Below are positions 33,001 to 48,000 of a stretch of 64,000 nt of DNA, piece by piece. The notes beneath the pieces are model-generated. The model searched no databases. It had not been told where the DNA came from and was given only the letters and a program-made list of their open reading frames with translations. Source of the DNA: Yuukianura sp. NJ FZ-2021 (taxonomy: Eukaryota); NCBI GenBank assembly GCA_046563655.1, contig CM102286.1:8122001-8186000 (forward strand), given 5' to 3'. Both the position numbers and the translations under genes were made by a program. The number at the start of each line of letters is the position of its first letter. The first letter of the stretch is position 1.

Positions 33001-36000
33001 AGTTGTTTAATGAAATGAAATTTTTTAGCTGAAAGTTTTAACCGACACCGTGACCACTTACACGTCAAGCGTTGCGTACAGTGAAGTTACAGTATCGTCA
33101 ATGCCTAGCTGGGCAATGTGGATTTGCATATTAAGGTTAGAGCCAAGTTACAATGATAAATACATTGATACCAAACAAATATTACACCGGTACAAAATTT
33201 AAATTTTGCAGCCTTCCCATGAGCTTCCACAGATGTTTAATGAAATCAAATTTTTTGGCTGAAAATTTTAACCGAAACCGTGACCACTTACATGTCAAGC
33301 GTTGCGTACAGTCAAGTTACAATATCGTCAATGCCTAGCTAAGCAATGTGGATTTGCATATTAAGGTTAGGGCCAAGTTACAATGATAAATACATTGATA
33401 CCAAACAAATCTTACACCGGTACAAAATATAAATTTTTCAGCCTTCCCATGAGCTTCCACAGTTGTTTAATGAAATGAAATTTTTTAGCTGAAAGTTTTA
33501 ACCGACACCGTGACCACTTACACGTCAAGCGTTGCGTACAGTGAAGTTACAGTATCGTCAATGCCTAGCTGGGCAATGTGGATTTGCATATTAAGGTTAG
33601 AGCCAAGTTACAATGATAAATATTACACCGGTACAAAATTTAAATTTTGCAGCCTTCCCATGAGCTTCCACAGATGTTTAATGAAATGAAATTTTTTGGC
33701 TGAAAATTTTAACCGAAACCGTGACCACTTACATGTCAAGCGTTGCGTACAGTCAAGTTACAGTAGCGTCAATGCCTTGCTAAGCAATGTGGATTTGCAT
33801 ATTAAGGTTAGTGCCAAGTTACAGTGATAAATACATTGATATCAAACAAATATTACACCGCTACAAAGTATAAACTTTTCAGCCTTCCCATGAGCTTCCA
33901 CAGATATTTAATGAAATGAAATTTTTTAGCTGAAAGTTTTAACCGACAACGTAACCACTTACACGTCAAGCGTTGCTTACTGTGAAGTTACCGTATCGTC
34001 AATGCCTAGCAAAGCAATGTGGATTTGCATATTAAGGTTAGGGCCAAGTTACAGTGATAAATACATTGATATCAAACAAATATTACACCGCTACAAAGCG
34101 AAAACTTTTCAGCCTTCCCATGAGCTTCCACAGATGTTTAATGAAATCAAATTTTTTGGCTGAAAGTTTTAACCGAAACCGTGACCACTTACATGTCAAG
34201 CGTTGCGTACAGTCAAGTTACAATATCGTCAATGCCTAACCAAGCAATGTGGATTTGCATATTAAGGTTAGGGCCAAGTTACAGTGATAAATACATTGAT
34301 ATCAAACAAATATTACACCGCTACAAAGCGTAAACTTTTCAGCCTTCCCATGAGCTTCCACAGATGTTTAATGAAATCAAATTTTTTGGCTGAAAGTTTT
34401 AACCGAAACCGTGACCACTTACATGTCAAGCGTTGCGTACAGTCAAGTTACAATATCGTCAATGCCTAGCTAAGCAATGTGGATTTGCATATTAAGGTTA
34501 GGGCCAAGTTAAAATGATAAATACATTGATACCAAACAAATCTTACACCGGTACAAAATATAAATTTTTCAGCCTTCCCATGAGCTTCCACAGTTGTTTA
34601 ATGAAATGAAATTTTTTAGCTGAAAGTTTTAACCGACACCGTGACCACTTACACGTCAAGCGTTGCGTACAGTGAAGTTACAGTATCGTCAATGCCTAGC
34701 TGGGCAATGTGGATTTGCATATTAAGGTTAGAGCCAAGTTACAATGATAAATACATTGATACCAAACAAATATTACACGGGTACAAAATTTAAATTTTTC
34801 AGCCTTCCAAGGAGCTTCCACAGATGTTTAATGAAATTAAATGTTTCAGCTGAAAGTTTTAACCGAAAACGTGACCACTTACATGTCAAGCGTTGCGTGC
34901 AGTCAAGTTACAGTATCGTCAATGCCTAACTAAGCAATGTGGATTTGCATATTAAGGTTAGGGCCAAGTTACAGTGATAAATACATTGATATCAAACAAA
35001 TATTACACCGCTACAAAGTATAAACTTTTCAGCCTTCCCATGAGCTTCCACAGATATTTAATGAAATGAAATTTTTTAGCTGAAAGTTTTAACCGACAAC
35101 CGTAACCACTTACACGTCAAGCGTTGCTTACTGTGAAGTTACCGTATCGTCAATGCCTAGCAAAGCAATGTGGATTTGCATATTAAGGTTAGGGCCAAGT
35201 TACAGTGATAAATACATTGATATCAAACAAATATTACACCGCTACAAAGCGAAAACTTTTCAGCCTTCCCATGAGCTTCCACAGATGTTTAATGAAATCA
35301 AATTTTTTGGCTGAAAGTTTTAACCGAAACCGTGACCACTTACATGTCAAGCGTTGCGTACAGTCAAGTTACAATATCGTCAATGCCTAACCAAGCAATG
35401 TGGATTTGCATATTAAGGTTAGGGCCAAGTTACAGTGATAAATACATTGATATCAAACAAATATTACACCGCTACAAAGCGTAAACTTTTCAGCCTTCCC
35501 ATGAGCTTCCACAGATGTTTAATGAAATCAAATTTTTTGGCTGAAAGTTTTAACCGAAACCGTGACCACTTACATGTCAAGCGTTGCGTACAGTCAAGTT
35601 ACAATATCGTCAATGCCTAGCTAAGCAATGTGGATTTGCATATTAAGGTTAGGGCCAAGTTAAAATGATAAATACATTGATACCAAACAAATCTTACACC
35701 GGTACAAAATATAAATTTTTCAGCCTTCCCATGAGCTTCCACAGTTGTTTAATGAAATGAAATTTTTTAGCTGAAAGTTTTAACCGACACCGTGACCACT
35801 TACACGTCAAGCGTTGCGTACAGTGAAGTTACAGTATCGTCAATGCCTAGCTGGGCAATGTGGATTTGCATATTAAGGTTAGAGCCAAGTTACAATGATA
35901 AATACATTGATACCAAACAAATATTACACCGGTACAAAATTTAAATTTTGCAGCCTTCCCATGAGCTTCCACAGATGTTTAATGAAATGAAATTTTTTGG

Positions 36001-39000
36001 CTGAAAATTTTAACCGAAACCGTGACCACTTACATGTCAAGCGTTGCGTACAGTCAAGTTACAATATCGTCAATGCCTAGCTAAGCAATGTAGATTTGCA
36101 TATTAAGGTTAGGGCCAAGTTACAATGATAAATACATTGATACCAAACAAATCTTACACCGGTAAAAAAAAAATTTTTCAGCCTTCCCATGAGCTTCCAC
36201 AGTTGTTTAATGAAATGAAATTTTTTAGCTGAAAGTTTTAACCGACACCGTGACCACTTACACGTCAAGCGTTGCGTTCAGTGAAGTTATAGTATCGTCA
36301 ATGCCTAGCTGGGCAATGTGGATTTGCATATTAAGGTTAGAGCCAAGTTACAATGATAAATATTACACCGGTACAAAATTTAAATTTTGCAGCCTTCCCA
36401 TGAGCTTCCACAGATGTTTAATGAAATGAAATTTTTTGGCTGAAAATTTTAACCGAAACCGTGACCACTTACATGTCAAGCGTTGCGTACAGTCAAGTTA
36501 CAGTAGCGTCAATGCCTTGCTAAGCAATGTGGATTTGCATATTAAGGTTAGTGCCAAGTTACAGTGATAAATACATTGATATCAAACAAATATTACACCG
36601 CTACAAAGTATAAACTTTTCAGCCTTCCCATGAGCTTCCACAGATATTTAATGAAATGAAATTTTTTAGCTGAAAGTTTTAACCGACAACCGTAACCACT
36701 TACACGTCAAGCGTTGCTTACTGTGAAGTTACCGTATCGTCAATGCCTAGCAAAGCAATGTGGATTTGCATATTAAGGTTAGGGCCAAGTTACAGTGATA
36801 AATACATTGATATCAAACAAATATTACACCGCTACAAAGCGAAAACTTTTCAGCCTTCCCATGAGCTTCCACAGATGTTTAATGAAATCAAATTTTTTGG
36901 CTGAAAGTTTTAACCGAAACCGTGACCACTTACATGTCAAGCGTTGCGTACAGTCAAGTTACAATATCGTCAATGCCTAACCAAGCAATGTGGATTTGCA
37001 TATTAAGGTTAGGGTCAAGTTACAGTGATAAATACATTGATATCAAACAAATATTACACCGCTACAAAGCGTAAACTTTTCAGCCTTCCCATGAGCTTCC
37101 ACAGATGTTTAATGAAATCAAATTTTTTGGCTGAAAGTTTTAACCGAAACCGTGACCACTTACATGTCAAGCGTTGCGTACAGTCAAGTTACAATATCGT
37201 CAATGCCTAGCTAAGCAATGTGGATTTGCATATTAAGGTTAGGGCCAAGTTAAAATGATAAATACATTGATACCAAACAAATCTTACACCGGTACAAAAT
37301 ATAAATTTTTCAGCCTTCCCATGAGCTTCCACAGTTGTTTAATGAAATGAAATTTTTTAGCTGAAAGTTTTAACCGACACCGTGACCACTTACACGTCAA
37401 GCGTTGCGTACAGTGAAGTTACAGTATCGTCAATGCCTAGCTGGGCAATGTGGATTTGCATATTAAGGTTAGAGCCAAGTTACAATGATAAATACATTGA
37501 TACCAAACAAATATTACACCGGTACAAAATTTAAATTTTGCAGCCTTCCCATGAGCTTCCACAGATATTTAATGAAATGAAATTTTTTGGCTGAAAATTT
37601 TAACCGAAACCGTGACCACTTACATGTCAAGCGTTGCGTACAGTCAAGTTACAATATCGTCAATGCCTAGCTAAGCAATGTAGATTTGCATATTAAGGTT
37701 AGGGCCAAGTTACAATGATAAATACATTGATACCAAACAAATCTTACACCGGTAAAAAAAAAATTTTTCAGCCTTCCCATGAGCTTCCACAGTTGTTTAA
37801 TGAAATGAAATTTTTTAGCTGAAAGTTTTAACCGACACCGTGACCACTTACACGTCAAGCGTTGCGTACAGTGAAGTTATAGTATCGTCAATGCCTAGCT
37901 GGACAATGTGGATTTGCATATTAAGGTTAGAGCCAAGTTACAATGATAAATACATTGATACCAAACAAATATTACACCGGTACAAAATTTAAATTTTGCA
38001 GCCTTCCCATGAGCTTCCACAGATGTTTAATGAAATGAAATTTTTTGGCTGAAAATTTTAACCGAAACCGTGACCACTTACATGTCAAGCGTTGCGTACA
38101 GTCAAGTTACAGTAGCGTCAATGCCTTGCTAAGCAATGTGGATTTGCATATTAAGGTTAGTGCCAAGTTACAGTGATAAATACATTGATATCAAACAAAT
38201 ATTACACCGCTACAAAGTATAAACTTTTCAGCCTTCCCATGAGCTTCCACAGATATTTAATGAAATGAAATTTTTTAGCTGAAAGTTTTAACCGACAACG
38301 TAACCACTTACACGTCAAGCGTTGCTTACTGTGAAGTTACCGTATCGTCAATGCCTAGCAAAGCAATGTGGATTTGCATATTAAGGTTAGGGCCAAGTTA
38401 CAGTGATAAATACATTGATATCAAACAAATATTACACCGCTACAAAGCGAAAACTTTTCAGCCTTCCCATGAGCTTCCACAGATGTTTAATGAAATCAAA
38501 TTTTTTGGCTGAAAGTTTTAACCGAAACCGTGACCACTTACATGTCAAGCGTTGCGTACAGTCAAGTTACAATATCGTCAATGCCTAACCAAGCAATGGG
38601 GATTTGCATATTAAGGTTAGGGCCAAGTTACAGTGATAAATACATTGATATCAAACAAATATTACACCGCTACAAAGCGTAAACTTTTCAGCCTTCCCAT
38701 GAGCTTCCACAGATGTTTAATGAAATCAAATTTTTTGGCTGAAAGTTTTAACCGAAACCGTGACCACTTACATGTCAAGCGTTGCGTACAGTCAAGTTAC
38801 AATATCGTCAATGCCTAGCTAAGCAATGTGGATTTGCATATTAAGGTTAGGGCCAAGTTAAAATGATAAATACATTGATACCAAACAAATCTTACACCGG
38901 TACAAAATATAAATTTTTCAGCCTTCCCATGAGCTTCCACAGTTGTTTAATGAAATGAAATTTTTTAGCTGAAAGTTTTAACCGACACCGTGACCACTTA

Positions 39001-42000
39001 CACGTCAAGCGTTGCGTACAGTGAAGTTACAGTATCGTCAATGCCTAGCTGGGCAATGTGGATTTGCATATTAAGGTTAGAGCCAAGTTACAATGATAAA
39101 TACATTGATACCAAACAAATATTACACCGGTACAAAATTTAAATTTTGCAGCCTTCCCATGAGCTTCCACAGATGTTTAATGAAATGAAATTTTTTGGCT
39201 GAAAATTTTAACCGAAACCGTGACCACTTACATGTCAAGCGTTGCGTACAGTCAAGTTACAATATCGCCAATGCCTAGCTAAGCAATGTGGATTTGCATA
39301 TTAAGGTTAGGGCCAAGTTACAATGATAAATACATTGATACCAAACAAATCTTACACCGGTACAAAATATAAATTTTTCAGCCTTCCCATGAGCTTCCAC
39401 AGTTGTTTAATGAAATGAAATTTTTTAGCTGAAAGTTTTAACCGACAACCGTAACCACTTACACGTCAAGCGTTGCGTACAGTGAAGTTACAGTATCGTC
39501 AATGCCTAGCTGGGCAATGTGGATTTGCATATTAAGGTTAGAGCCAAGTTACAATGATAAATACATTGATACCAAACAAATATTACACCGGTACAAAATT
39601 TAAATTTTGCAGCCTTCCCATGAGCTTCCACAGATGTTTAATGAAATGAAATTTTTTGGCTGAAAATTTTAACCGAAACCGTGACCACTTACATGTCAAG
39701 CGTTGCGTACAGTCAAGTTACAGTAGCGTCAATGCCTTGCTAAGCAATGTGGATTTGCATATTAAGGTTAGTGCCAAGTTACAGTGATAAATACATTGAT
39801 ATCAAACAAATATTACACCGCTACAAAGTATAAACTTTTCAGCCTTCCCATGAGCTTCCACAGATATTTAATGAAATGAAATTTTTTAGCTGAAAGTTTT
39901 AACCGACAACGTAACCACTTACACGTCAAGCGTTGCTTACGGTGAAGTTACAGTATCGTCAATGCCTAGCTAAGCAATGTGGATTTGCATATTAAGGTTA
40001 GGGCCAAGTTACAGTGATAAATACATTGATATCAAACAAATATTACACCGCTACAAAGCGAAAACTTTTCAGCCTTCCCATGAGCTTCCACAGATGTTTA
40101 ATGAAATCAAATTTTTTGGCTGAAAGTTTTAACCGAAACCGTGACCACTTACATGTCAAGCGTTGCGTACAGTCAAGTTACAGTAGCGTCAATGCCTTGC
40201 TAAGCAATGTGGATTTGCATATTAAGGTTAGTGCCAAGTTACAGTGATAAATACATTGATATCAAACAAATATTACACCGCTACAAAGTATAAACTTTTC
40301 AGCCTTCCCATGAGCTTCCACAGATGTTTAATGAAATCAAATTTTTTGGCTGAAAGTTTTAACCGACAACGTAACCACTTACACGTCAAGCGTTGCGTAC
40401 AGTGAAGTTACAGTATCGTCAATGCCTAGCTGGGCAATGTGGATTTGCATATTAAGGTTAGAGCCAAGTTACAATGATAAATACATTGATACCAAACAAA
40501 TATTACACCGGTACAAAATTTAAATTTTGCAGCCTTCCCATGAGCTTCCACAGATGTTTAATGAAATGAAACTTTTTGGCTGAAAATTTTAACCGAAACC
40601 GTGACCACTTACATGTCAAGCGTTGCGTACAGTCAAGTTACAATATCGTCAATGCCTAGCTAAGCAATGTGGATTTGCATATTAAGGTTAGGGCCAAGTT
40701 ACAATGATAAATACATTGATACCAAACAAATCTTACACCGGTACAAAATATAAATTTTTCAGCCTTCCCATGAGCTTCCACAGTTGTTTAATGAAATGAA
40801 ATTTTTTAGCTGAAAGTTTTAACCGACAACGTAACCACTTACACGTCAAGCGTTGCGTACAGTGAAGTTACAGTATCGTCAATGCCTAGCTGGGCAATGT
40901 GGATTTGCATATTAAGGTTAGAGCCAAGTTACAATGATAAATACATTGATACCAAACAAATATTACACCGGTACAAAATTTAAATTTTGCAGCCTTCCCA
41001 TGAGCTTCCACAGATGTTTAATGAAATGAAATTTTTTGGCTGAAAATTTTAACCGAAACCGTGACCACTTACATGTCAAGCGTTGCGTACAGTCAAGTTA
41101 CAGTAGCGTCAATGCCTTGCTAAGCAATGTGGATTTGCATATTAAGGTTAGTGCCAAGTTACAGTGATAAATACATTGATATCAAACAAATATTACACCG
41201 CTACAAAGTATAAACTTTTCAGCCTTCCCATGAGCTTCCACAGATATTTAATGAAATGAAATTTTTTAGCTGAAAGTTTTAACCGACAACGTAACCACTT
41301 ACACGTCAAGCGTTGCTTACGGTGAAGTTACAGTATCGTCAATGCCTAGCTAAGCAATGTGGATTTGCATATTAAGGTTAGGGCCAAGTTACAGTGATAA
41401 ATACATTGATATCAAACAAATATTACACCGCTACAAAGCGAAAACTTTTCAGCCTTCCCATGAGCTTCCACAGATGTTTAATGAAATCAAATTTTTTGGC
41501 TGAAAGTTTTAACCGAAACCGTGACCACTTACATGTCAAGCGTTGCGTACAGTCAAGTTACAGTAGCGTCAGTGCCTTGCTAAGCAATGTGGATTTGCAT
41601 ATTAAGGTTAGTGCCAAGTTACAGTGATAAATACATTGATATCAAACAAATATTACACCGCTACAAAGTATAAACTTTTCAGCCTTCCCATGAGCTTCCA
41701 CAGATATTTAATGAAATGAAATTTTTTAGCTGAAAGTTTTAACCGACAACGTAACCACTTACACGTCAAGCGTTGCTTACGGTGAAGTTACAGTATCGTC
41801 AATGCCTAGCTAAGCAATGTGGATTTGCATATTAAGGTTAGGGCCAAGTTACAGTGATAAATACATTGATATCAAACAAATATTACACCGCTACAAAGCG
41901 AAAACTTTTCAGCCTTCCCATGAGCTTCCACAGATGTTTAATGAAATCAAATTTTTTGGCTGAAAGTTTTAACCGAAACCGTGACCACTTACATGTCAAG

Positions 42001-45000
42001 CGTTGCGTACAGTCAAGTTACAGTAGCGTCAATGCCTTGCTAAGCAATGTGGATTTGCATATTAAGGTTAGTGCCAAGTTACAGTGATAAATACATTGAT
42101 ATCAAACAAATATTACACCGCTACAAAGTATAAACTTTTCAGCCTTCCCATGAGCTTCCACAGATATTTAATGAAATGAAATTTTTTAGCTGAAAGTTTT
42201 AACCGACAACGTAACCACTTACACGTCAAGCGTTGCTTACGGTGAAGTTACAGTATCGTCAATGCCTAGCTGGGCAATGTGGATTTGCATATTAAGGTTA
42301 GGGCCAAGTTACAATGATAAATACATTGATACCAAACAAATCTTACACCGGTACAAAATATAAATTTTTCAGCCTTCCCATGAGCTTCCACAGTTGTTTA
42401 ATGAAATGAAATTTTTTAGCTGAAAGTTTTAACCGACAACGTAACCACTTACACGTCAAGCGTTGCGTACAGTGAAGTTACAGTATCGTCAATGCCTAGC
42501 TGGGCAATGTGGATTTGCATATTAAGGTTAGAGCCAAGTTACAATGATAAATACATTGATACCAAACAAATATTACACCGGTACAAAATTTAAATTTTGC
42601 AGCCTTCCCATGAGCTTCCACAGATGTTTAATGAAATGAAATTTTTTGGCTGAAAATTTTAACCGAAACCGTGACCACTTACATGTCAAGCGTTGCGTAC
42701 AGTCAAGTTACAGTAGCGTCAATGCCTTGCTAAGCAATGTGGATTTGCATATTAAGGTTAGTGCCAAGTTACAGTGATAAATACATTGATATCAAACAAA
42801 TATTACACCGCTACAAAGTATAAACTTTTCAGCCTTCCCATGAGCTTCCACAGATATTTAATGAAATGAAATTTTTTAGCTGAAAGTTTTAACCGACAAC
42901 GTAACCACTTACACGTCAAGCGTTGCTTACGGTGAAGTTACAGTATCGTCAATGCCTAGCTAAGCAATGTGGATTTGCATATTAAGGTTAGGGCCAAGTT
43001 ACAGTGATAAATACATTGATATCAAACAAATATTACACCGCTACAAAGTATAAACTTTTCAGCCTTCCCATGAGCTTCCACAGATATTTAATGAAATGAA
43101 ATTTTTTAGCTGAAAGTTTTAACCGACAACGTAACCACTTACACGTCAAGCGTTGCTTACGGTGAAGTTACAGTATCGTCAATGCCTAGCTAAGCAATGT
43201 GGATTTGCATATTAAGGTTAGGGCCAAGTTACAGTGATAAATACATTGATATCAAACAAATATTACACCGCTACAAAGCGAAAACTTTTCAGCCTTCCCA
43301 TGAGCTTCCACAGATGTTTAATGAAATCAAATTTTTTGGCTGAAAGTTTTAACCGACAACGTAACCACTTACACGTCAAGCGTTGCTTACGGTGAAGTTA
43401 CAGTATCGTCAATGCCTAGCTAAGCAATGTGGATTTGCATATTAAGGTTAGGGCCAAGTTACAGTGATAAATACATTGATATCAAACAAATATTACACCG
43501 CTACAAAGCGAAAACTTTTCAGCCTTCCCATGAGCTTCCACAGATGTTTAATGAAATCAAATTTTTTGGCTGAAAGTTTTAACCGAAACCGTGACCACTT
43601 ACATGTCAAGCGTTGCGTACAGTCAAGTTACAATATCGTCAATGCCTAGCTAAGCAATGTGGATTTGCATATTAAGGTTAGGGCCAAGTTACAATGATAA
43701 ATACATTGATACCAAACAAATCTTACACCGGTACAAAATATAAATTTTTCAGCCTTCCCATGAGCTTCCACAGTTGTTTAATGAAATGAAATTTTTTAGC
43801 TGAAAGTTTTAACCGACAACGTAACCACTTACACGTCAAGCGTTGCGTACAGTGAAGTTACAGTATCGTCAATGCCTAGCTGGGCAATGTGGATTTGCAT
43901 ATTAAGGTTAGAGCCAAGTTACAATGATAAATACATTGATACCAAACAAATATTACACCGGTACAAAATTTAAATTTTGCAGCCTTCCCATGAGCTTCCA
44001 CAGATGTTTAATGAAATGAAATTTTTTGGCTGAAAATTTTAACCGAAACCGTGACCACTTACATGTCAAGCGTTGCGTACAGTCAAGTTACAGTAGCGTC
44101 AGTGCCTTGCTAAGCAATGTGGATTTGCATATTAAGGTTAGTGCCAAGTTACAGTGATAAATACATTGATATCAAACAAATATTACACCGCTACAAAGTA
44201 TAAACTTTTCAGCCTTCCCATGAGCTTCCACAGATGTTTAATGAAATCAAATTTTTTGGCTGAAAGTTTTAACCGACAACGTAACCACTTACACGTCAAG
44301 CGTTGCGTACAGTGAAGTTACAGTATCGTCAATGCCTAGCTGGGCAATGTGGATTTGCATATTAAGGTTAGAGCCAAGTTACAATGATAAATACATTGAT
44401 ACCAAACAAATATTACACCGGTACAAAATTTAAATTTTGCAGCCTTCCCATGAGCTTCCACAGATGTTTAATGAAATGAAATTTTTTGGCTGAAAATTTT
44501 AACCGAAACCGTGACCACTTACATGTCAAGCGTTGCGTACAGTCAAGTTACAATATCGTCAATGCCTAGCTAAGCAATGTGGATTTGCATATTAAGGTTA
44601 GGGCCAAGTTACAATGATAAATACATTGATATCAAACAAATATTACACCGCTACAAAGTATAAACTTTTCAGCCTTCCCATGAGCTTCCACAGATATTTA
44701 ATGAAATGAAATTTTTTAGCTGAAAGTTTTAACCGACAACGTAACCACTTACACGTCAAGCGTTGCTTACGGTGAAGTTACAGTATCGTCAATGCCTAGC
44801 TAAGCAATGTGGATTTGCATATTAAGGTTAGGGCCAAGTTACAGTGATAAATACATTGATATCAAACAAATATTACACCGCTACAAAGTATAAACTTTTC
44901 AGCCTTCCCATGAGCTTCCACAGATGTTTAATGAAATCAAATTTTTTGGCTGAAAGTTTTAACCGACAACGTAACCACTTACACGTCAAGCGTTGCGTAC

Positions 45001-48000
45001 AGTGAAGTTACAGTATCGTCAATGCCTAGCTGGGCAATGTGGATTTGCATATTAAGGTTAGAGCCAAGTTACAATGATAAATACATTGATACCAAACAAA
45101 TATTACACCGGTACAAAATTTAAATTTTGCAGCCTTCCCATGAGCTTCCACAGATGTTTAATGAAATGAAATTTTTTGGCTGAAAATTTTAACCGAAACC
45201 GTGACCACTTACATGTCAAGCGTTGCGTACAGTCAAGTTACAGTAGCGTCAATGCCTTGCTAAGCAATGTGGATTTGCATATTAAGGTTAGTGCCAAGTT
45301 ACAGTGATAAATACATTGATATCAAACAAATATTACACCGCTACAAAGTATAAACTTTTCAGCCTTCCCATGAGCTTCCACAGATATTTAATGAAATGAA
45401 ATTTTTTAGCTGAAAGTTTTAACCGACAACGTAACCACTTACACGTCAAGCGTTGCTTACGGTGAAGTTACAGTATCGTCAATGCCTAGCTAAGCAATGT
45501 GGATTTGCATATTAAGGTTAGGGCCAAGTTACAGTGATAAATACATTGATATCAAACAAATATTACACCGCTACAAAGTATAAACTTTTCAGCCTTCCCA
45601 TGAGCTTCCACAGATATTTAATGAAATGAAATTTTTTAGCTGAAAGTTTTAACCGACAACGTAACCACTTACACGTCAAGCGTTGCTTACGGTGAAGTTA
45701 CAGTATCGTCAATGCCTAGCTAAGCAATGTGGATTTGCATATTAAGGTTAGGGCCAAGTTACAGTGATAAATACATTGATATCAAACAAATATTACACCG
45801 CTACAAAGTATAAACTTTTCAGCCTTCCCATGAGCTTCCACAGATATTTAATGAAATGAAATTTTTTAGCTGAAAGTTTTAACCGACAACGTAACCACTT
45901 ACACGTCAAGCGTTGCTTACGGTGAAGTTACAGTATCGTCAATGCCTAGCTAAGCAATGTGGATTTGCATATTAAGGTTAGGGCCAAGTTACAGTGATAA
46001 ATACATTGATATCAAACAAATATTACACCGCTACAAAGCGAAAACTTTTCAGCCTTCCCATGAGCTTCCACAGATGTTTAATGAAATCAAATTTTTTGGC
46101 TGAAAGTTTTAACCGAAACCGTGACCACTTACATGTCAAGCGTTGCGTACAGTCAAGTTACAATATCGTCAATGCCTAGCTAAGCAATGTGGATTTGCAT
46201 ATTAAGGTTAGGGCCAAGTTACAATGATAAATACATTGATACCAAACAAATCTTACACCGGTACAAAATATAAATTTTTCAGCCTTCCCATGAGCTTCCA
46301 CAGTTGTTTAATGAAATGAAATTTTTTAGCTGAAAGTTTTAACCGACAACGTAACCACTTACACGTCAAGCGTTGCGTACAGTGAAGTTACAGTATCGTC
46401 AATGCCTAGCTGGGCAATGTGGATTTGCATATTAAGGTTAGAGCCAAGTTACAATGATAAATACATTGATACCAAACAAATATTACACCGGTACAAAATT
46501 TAAATTTTGCAGCCTTCCCATGAGCTTCCACAGATGTTTAATGAAATGAAATTTTTTGGCTGAAAATTTTAACCGAAACCGTGACCACTTACATGTCAAG
46601 CGTTGCGTACAGTCAAGTTACAGTAGCGTCAGTGCCTTGCTAAGCAATGTGGATTTGCATATTAAGGTTAGTGCCAAGTTACAGTGATAAATACATTGAT
46701 ATCAAACAAATATTACACCGCTACAAAGTATAAACTTTTCAGCCTTCCCATGAGCTTCCACAGATGTTTAATGAAATCAAATTTTTTGGCTGAAAGTTTT
46801 AACCGACAACGTAACCACTTACACGTCAAGCGTTGCGTACAGTGAAGTTACAGTATCGTCAATGCCTAGCTGGGCAATGTGGATTTGCATATTAAGGTTA
46901 GAGCCAAGTTACAATGATAAATACATTGATACCAAACAAATATTACACCGGTACAAAATTTAAATTTTGCAGCCTTCCCATGAGCTTCCACAGATGTTTA
47001 ATGAAATGAAATTTTTTGGCTGAAAATTTTAACCGAAACCGTGACCACTTACATGTCAAGCGTTGCGTACAGTCAAGTTACAGTAGCGTCAATGCCTTGC
47101 TAAGCAATGTGGATTTGCATATTAAGGTTAGTGCCAAGTTACAGTGATAAATACATTGATATCAAACAAATATTACACCGCTACAAAGTATAAACTTTTC
47201 AGCCTTCCCATGAGCTTCCACAGATATTTAATGAAATGAAATTTTTTAGCTGAAAGTTTTAACCGACAACGTAACCACTTACACGTCAAGCCTTGCTTAC
47301 GGTGAAGTTACAGTATCGTCAATGCCTAGCTAAGCAATGTGGATTTGCATATTAAGGTTAGGGCCAAGTTACAGTGATAAATACATTGATATCAAACAAA
47401 TATTACACCGCTACAAAGTATAAACTTTTCAGCCTTCCCATGAGCTTCCACAGATATTTAATGAAATGAAATTTTTTAGCTGAAAGTTTTAACCGACAAC
47501 GTAACCACTTACACGTCAAGCGTTGCTTACGGTGAAGTTACAGTATCGTCAATGCCTAGCTAAGCAATGTGGATTTGCATATTAAGGTTAGGGCCAAGTT
47601 ACAGTGATAAATACATTGATATCAAACAAATATTACACCGCTACAAAGCGAAAACTTTTCAGCCTTCCCATGAGCTTCCACAGATGTTTAATGAAATGAA
47701 ATTTTTTGGCTGAAAATTTTAACCGAAACCGTGACCACTTACATGTCAAGCGTTGCGTACAGTCAAGTTACAGTAGCGTCAGTGCCTTGCTAAGCAATGT
47801 GGATTTGCATATTAAGGTTAGTGCCAAGTTACAGTGATAAATACATTGATATCAAACAAATATTACACCGCTACAAAGTATAAACTTTTCAGCCTTCCCA
47901 TGAGCTTCCACAGATGTTTAATGAAATCAAATTTTTTGGCTGAAAGTTTTAACCGACAACGTAACCACTTACACGTCAAGCGTTGCGTACAGTGAAGTTA

